Positions 58,001 to 64,000 of a DNA stretch of 64,000 nt are shown here, one piece after another. Below the pieces are notes generated by a model that was not told the origin of the DNA, made no database searches, and worked only from the letters and a program-made list of their open reading frames with translations. This DNA is from Folioceros fuciformis (lineage: Eukaryota): assembly GCA_049999805.1 (NCBI GenBank), contig JBNGIO010006163.1:64107-128106 (forward strand), written 5' to 3'. The position numbers and the translations under genes are program-made. Every line of letters begins with the position of its first letter. Within the stretch, counting starts at the first letter, position 1.

Positions 58001-61000
58001 ACATCGAGAAAGGACAACGATGGGATCAAGGCTTTTGCATTCGCAAAAACAAGCTCATCAAGTCGAGGCAACCACACCAGCTGATCTTTGTCGTAGTCCA
58101 TAAGCTTCTGTAAAAATTGAGAGTCCCCAAGTTCTACTTTTGCCTGAGCCCACGTTGGTGTCTTCTTCAACACTGTCATCACAGCTCCAAGAGTGAGCTC
58201 TACCAGGGCAGGGGGTTTCGCATATGCCTTGACTTCACTCATATCTTTCTTGGTGAGCACGTTGAGTGCTTCTTCAGCAGCCAGGAGTGCAGGCATTGCC
58301 TTGTCCAATTCCTTTTTACATTCTGCAGCAATGACATTGCATTTTTCTGCTTCCTTTTCGATCCTTGCTGCTTCGGCATTCACCTGTGTATCAGATGGTC
58401 ATCTATGTGCTATTTCTCAGAGTTTCACAGCCTGGTAAACGACAGTGAGCAGCAGCTACCGTTCGTTCTTGTTCATCCGCAGTACGCTTTTCCTGCACGA
58501 TCTCCACCAACAGCTCTTCACACTCCTTCTTAGCTTTTGCAACAATCTCTTTCTTCTGTTGGCATATGATCTGCAGAGCTGCCACCTGATCGCGAGTAGC
58601 ATTCAAAGCCGAAAGACCTCCTCTAAGTTTGGAGGCATTATCAGACAATTGCTTCTTTTTTTCTTGAAGAAGTTTCTTGTATCTGAGACCAGAAAAAATC
58701 TCTGAGGGACGAGACAGATAAGGAGATCACAAACAACGTGAGTCGTTGAGGCTTCATCTGGTTTACCCCTTCGCGAATTCAAGGTAGCTAGTTGGTGTCA
58801 CATAATATTGCCGCTTCAGCTGTGCAAGCATCTTCTGCGCCTGAACAGTCACTGATTTGTGTATGGTCACGAAGAGTTTGCATATGTTCGTCCTGGCTTC
58901 AGGGGATCCACCTAGATTTTCTTCATCTGAAAACAGTTTTATGGATACCTCATAGAGAGCATCTTCTGGCCAGTCCAGGAACCTGATCCAAAGAACACCA
59001 GGGTCAAACGTCCCTCAAGGATTGCAAGAATTGGGCCTGACTACTGGTGTTGGCGAAAAAACAAAAGTTTTCTACCAGTCAATGGTTGTGCAGTTGACTA
59101 AACCAGGAAACATCTGCAGTCTTTTGTGGAAAGCAGTTTGGACAGGGCTCAGACAAAGAACCACATGAATATTCTCTTTCGCCCGTTCCATGAAGAAGGC
59201 TAGTAAGTCATCATCAGTCTCTCCCTTATTTGCTTTCTTGCAAGCAGCCCGAACCCCCTCATAGATGACATTAAGATCGTCCTTGTTGAAAAGGTTGGGT
59301 ACCTAGTTTTCACCAAATATAAAACTCACGCCATTTCCTCTACCGAAAAAAAAACCGAAACTTGGCCCGACAAATTAATGATAACACTTGAATAGCGTCT
59401 GCCAGCAGTAACCTCGATTTCGCACCAGAAATTTCAAGCCTTTACCTCCCCTGAACTCAATATGTTGTTTATGTCCTCAAGAAAGGTTTCTTGGATGATC
59501 TGGGTATCATCAAAGAGGAACACCGTAGGTCTCAGGTTCTCGCCTATCCCTGCTTGCTGAAAGAGTACTTTCAAGTCATCATGAAACTGTGCTGACTGAT
59601 AATTTTTCGCGATCATGATGCTGAACACCTGTTGATAGCACAACGACACCGTTACAAGCTAGCAACAATACAGTCCCTGCAAATAGTCTTCAATCAGAAG
59701 AACCTTGTCTGGATGAGGATAGCTGAATGCTAGGTGAATTTGTAGACTGAACTTTCAAGCGTGGGGGAAATAATGGCTCACCTTCATGTCTGCCACGAAG
59801 GCGCACAACTTCGTGAGACTCTTGCGCCCACTTCCACCAATTCCTACTAGAAGCAGATTCCCTCGAGGTTGAAGCAGGACACGATGGATGCGGCAAATGT
59901 GCTCAATTGCATCCTTGAAAAGCACCTAACAAGACACCGAGTAGCCACACTTGAATTCATACCATTTTAATCAATGGGACGTCACTCTGACAACATCTTG
60001 GATGACAGCCCCACCATGCAGAAAGGAGGTATCAGAGAGACTTGTCTGAGGACAGGCGATTGTCGTCCAGAAAACAAGGCAGAAAGATCAACCATTGTTA
60101 TGACCTGCCGGGCACTGAAGCTTACCAGATCCATTCCAAACATGCCAGGCTGCATTTTGCATTCTTTCAAGTTTTCCTCAAGAGCCTCCTTCATTACAGG
60201 AAAACCAGGATTGGGCTCGTACAAAGGATGCTCTTCCATGCTGGATTGAAGAACGCTGGTGAAGAGCGGCATCTCATTTTTAAAAAGTGCTCTCCATTCC
60301 ACATCAAAGTTTTCCTTCAATTTCGTTGTCAACAGATTCTGGATGTTGAAAAAGATGTGAAAAGTTTGAAAGGTGCTCTCCACGGAAGCAACAGAATCTT
60401 CATGTCTATCAACAATTTATGAGGCTACAACTTCCAAACTCCACACAATACAGCATCAGAAACAGATGTTGGAATGATACATAAAGATATAGTGTCTGAC
60501 AAGAACCTGAAGCCAGAGCTTGTCTTGTTTGTCCCACATGCGGTCGCCATAGACCCGAAAACACTCATGACAGAAAAGCGAGTGCATTATATCTTTTGTG
60601 GTGTAGACGTCTTTGGAGGCTTGGAGGAGACCTTGGATGACCTGGATCATAACTAGCATATGAGGTCAAATCACTTGGTCGCATGTCACCAAATAGTGCC
60701 CACGTTCGTCACATTATCTTCTTTGAAGGGAGTTCGTACCAATCTTCGGTTGTTTAGGTGAAGATGAAAAAAAATGCGAAAAGAAATACGTAAATATGAT
60801 GCTTAGCAATAACGCATTACTTTGGCCAGATCTCGCATGTTGAACAAATAGTGGCTCTTGCTTGGTATTGGCAGCAGCTCTGCAATAACGACATTGTAGA
60901 CCTCAATGCACATGGCCACCAGTGGTTCACCCAACAATCTGGCTTCATTTTCGAAATCGGCTAGTTTTGCCACGAGAATAGCACCAAATATTCTTTTCAT

Positions 61001-64000
61001 CTGCTGGTCATTTGGAGCAGTTATGTTGACCTGGACAAGATTCAAGCAGTGTCATAGAACATGTTAGTTAAGAAAAGCCAATAGTCTCACACCGGCGGGC
61101 CATATTTCCTCCACATGAACAAATACTCCCTAACGGATGTGAGGAATGGAAACCCGTGAAAAGTGGATACCAGTGAAAAGCACGCCTGTATACGCCGTGA
61201 GATGACATTTCGCCCACCGCCAGGTGGAGCCATGGCACTCAAAAACTGCATGTTCTTCACTTGTTTGACTTCCTGCTTCTGGCGGTCATACCAGAAGCCA
61301 TTATCCATCCACAGCTTCAAGAGTTCCAAGGCTGGCATGAAACCAAACTGGAAAACCAAATGATGAAAACTGATCAGGACAAATGTACCTCCAGCTCATA
61401 GATGAAATTGAGTATGCTCTTCAAATTTAAATACAACTTACCTGACTCTTTTTGGGCATATTTAAGTCATCAAGGAAAGCCAGCAGTTTCTTCCCTCCAG
61501 GCGGTGCGAATACACCTTTCGTGCGCTTTTCCAATCTCCCTTCTATTGTCTCCTGTCCATTGACACCCAAATAACTTCGCTTTCAGTGTAACTTCTCTAA
61601 AAGCTCTGGTGGAGATGGAACAAGAATTTGCCATCTCATACCTGCAGACTGTTTGAGGAAGTCTGAGCTGAAAAGTTGATCGTCATTGTCGACAGGCCTT
61701 CTGGAAGGCTCGACAGTATTGAGTTGGCAATCAATGTCTTCCCTACTCCAACTTTCCCCACAATCAAAGCATGCCGGTTTGCCAAGACAATTGTCTTAAC
61801 TATGAAATTGGTCCTAACCTGAAGGAGATGCAACCAATAAGATAGCAAGCCAAGGGTTCAATGGACACTTTCAAACAGTGGGCATACCGAGTCAACAGTC
61901 GGGACTTGAATTTTGTGGAATGGAGCTCCAACAGGAACTTTATAATTTGAGGGAAGCTTCTCCTCCCATGAGGCAAAAACTTTCTTCTTCACATCTACAA
62001 AGTAGTCAAATACAGTGCCTGTCACAGGATACCTGCATACACCTTCTAACGTCAGGCAGCAAGTTGCTGATATAGAGCGAACGCCTGAACTGTTGGTCTA
62101 AGAAATTCTAAAATCACTGGAAGCGTTGACACATGGGTCCTTGATCTCCAAACACATGCTCCCTCGTGACACTAAAAATGTGGATGCAACTCTGTGATGT
62201 CCTTGTTACATTGATCTGTTCACACATAAGTTGATGCACGGCTACCAACCTGGAGTCATAGTCTCTTATGAATATGTCAAATGTTTTTCGCCCTTCTTCA
62301 TCAACACTCGCCCCAATGGACCAAGTCAAGCAAAATAAAAACCATGTCTCTATCATTGGAATGTATTGGTCCCCTTCGGAGGGATGCACCCCATTTTCAG
62401 CTGTTGCCAAAGAATCGAAAAGCTTGGTGAAGGTTATAACGCTGTTAAGATGATCAATTGGCACAATCTCCTTGCACTTGGTCCGTCGCACAATTGCAGC
62501 CGCATCAACATATCTCAACAGAAGTTTTCGTAACTCTCTCAACAGGATCTGAGAAACAGTTGAAGAAGTACTGTAAGTGTGTTTGGCACATGCACCTGGT
62601 GCAACTGAAAAGTTAGCTGGAAAAGCTAAGCTCTGTCAGTCAACCAAGAGGGAGTTCCGAAATTGGCAACCAGAAGAGCTTTGCCTAGTTGGACTCAGAT
62701 CAATGACAGAAATTGTATGACAGTCTTTTCGATTGACTACCGGATCTGCAGCAGCTGCCACCTTCCGCTGAAGCCAGGACTCTACATACGGCCACCATCC
62801 TAGCTCCTCAACATTGAGATATATCATACCTGCACGACTGACTGTTGCCGGCGACGCTTGTGACAGGTCTTCAACTTCAAACAATAACGAGACCTGCAAA
62901 TGAACAGGGTCAATCAGATACCACATCTCAGGAGAGGAGAGCTTCAATCTTTTTAGTCACGAGGAAGTAGTTGCGTGCCTGAAGGGGCATAGAGATACGT
63001 TCTCCATTCAGCAGGGTTAAGATTTTGTTATCATCCAGAAGTGTATTCATCGACTCAATCCACAGTGTATCCACAGGCCCGTCAAAAAGAATCCATTTGT
63101 TGTCCAAACCTTCATCGTTGCAAACTATTCTCATTATGTGTGACAGGACACCGTCTGTCCACTCGTTTGTGAGCTTACTATATGCACCATAGATTTCATC
63201 GTTAGATAAGGCAAGGGAGTTCATTATGTAGACATGCACATGCTCCCATTCTTCGACTAGCTGGTCTTTAAGATGGCCTTGAGCACGTGAGAGAGCCTTC
63301 CATGCCTCAGTTTTCCCTGAGCCAGTCTTACCGACCAACATATTACCATGCCTTGCCACCATGCAGTCATACACCTGGGAGGAAAAACGCAAACATCAGC
63401 TCCTCTCCTGCCAGAACTCGAGAACACATATTAGCTCCCAATTCGCTGCTCACAGCAGCGTACCTGGATGCACTTTATAATAAACGCATCCACCACCTGC
63501 AATCCGTGAGCAGTGAGCACATGCCGGAGAGCCCCCTTCAGCACTTCGGCTTCCTTTGCAGCCAACTCAAGACCAGGGAACAAGTCTGAGAGTAAGGCGT
63601 TGAACAGGGGAATGTCTTGGAACACAAGCTTTGGCATAATCAAATCTCGCATTGAGCGTTGAAGGATCACTTCCTCAGGAATATCAGGATCTATTCGCTT
63701 GACAGACCCCGCCATTCGGGCAATTGGGATAACGAAGGAGCGAAGACCATAATCATAGTGATCTTGTTTGGACAGTTGCCGTTGTGAGAGCTCCATCACA
63801 GCAATCAACTTCTTTGCAAGAACCTGTACAAGGTACGCATACGCTATACATGAACATTACGCATATGCTATACATGAACATTTGACAGCATAAAAGACAT
63901 ACAAAAAAGCTCTGTGCTAGAGATGTATGTCCACACCTTAGCAGTCTGAAATCCTTCACTGAAAAGCATGTTTTCCCCAATCAAGCTGAAATCAGGAAGC
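52069..64000 (-). CDS. DNAH2: Axonemal inner-arm dynein heavy chain, I1beta/DHC10 (DNAH2) type; 5' part lies outside the window; many exons
   Basis: [14 protein letters not shown]-loops [16 protein letters not shown] and [23 protein letters not shown], stalk/[14 protein letters not shown]...[38 protein letters not shown]. The C-terminus [15 protein letters not shown] resembles DNAH2. Confidence 0.92.

Noticed and set aside
52069..64000. Many short minus-strand ORFs as separate genes or a pseudogene
   Set aside because: They are consecutive exons of one dynein heavy chain in the correct domain order.

Overview
Gene-dense eukaryotic nuclear DNA from a seed-free land plant with flagellated sperm. 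Short introns (mostly ~70-150 nt), axonemal genes and a PLS-class PPR gene suggest a hornwort-like genome; this is inference only. About 13 protein-coding genes are supported: radial spoke RSP14, an SLT/SLC13-type TrkA-C transporter in an AT-rich island, radial spoke RSP3, an F-box/LRR gene, an intronless F-box gene, two uncharacterised intronless genes, a MORN3-like gene, seipin, a PPR-E+ gene, a serpin, a Gly/Gln/Pro-repeat ZZ-zinc-finger protein, and the 3' part of an inner-arm dynein heavy chain (DNAH2/I1beta type) running off the right edge. The window also holds a frameshifted trypsin-like protease, remnants of LINE, Copia, Ty3/Gypsy and PIF/Harbinger elements, several tandem repeats and four N gaps. 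The most notable signal is four axonemal genes within ~57 kb, with RSP14 and RSP3 head-to-head. All calls come from reading motifs by eye; no database search was run.
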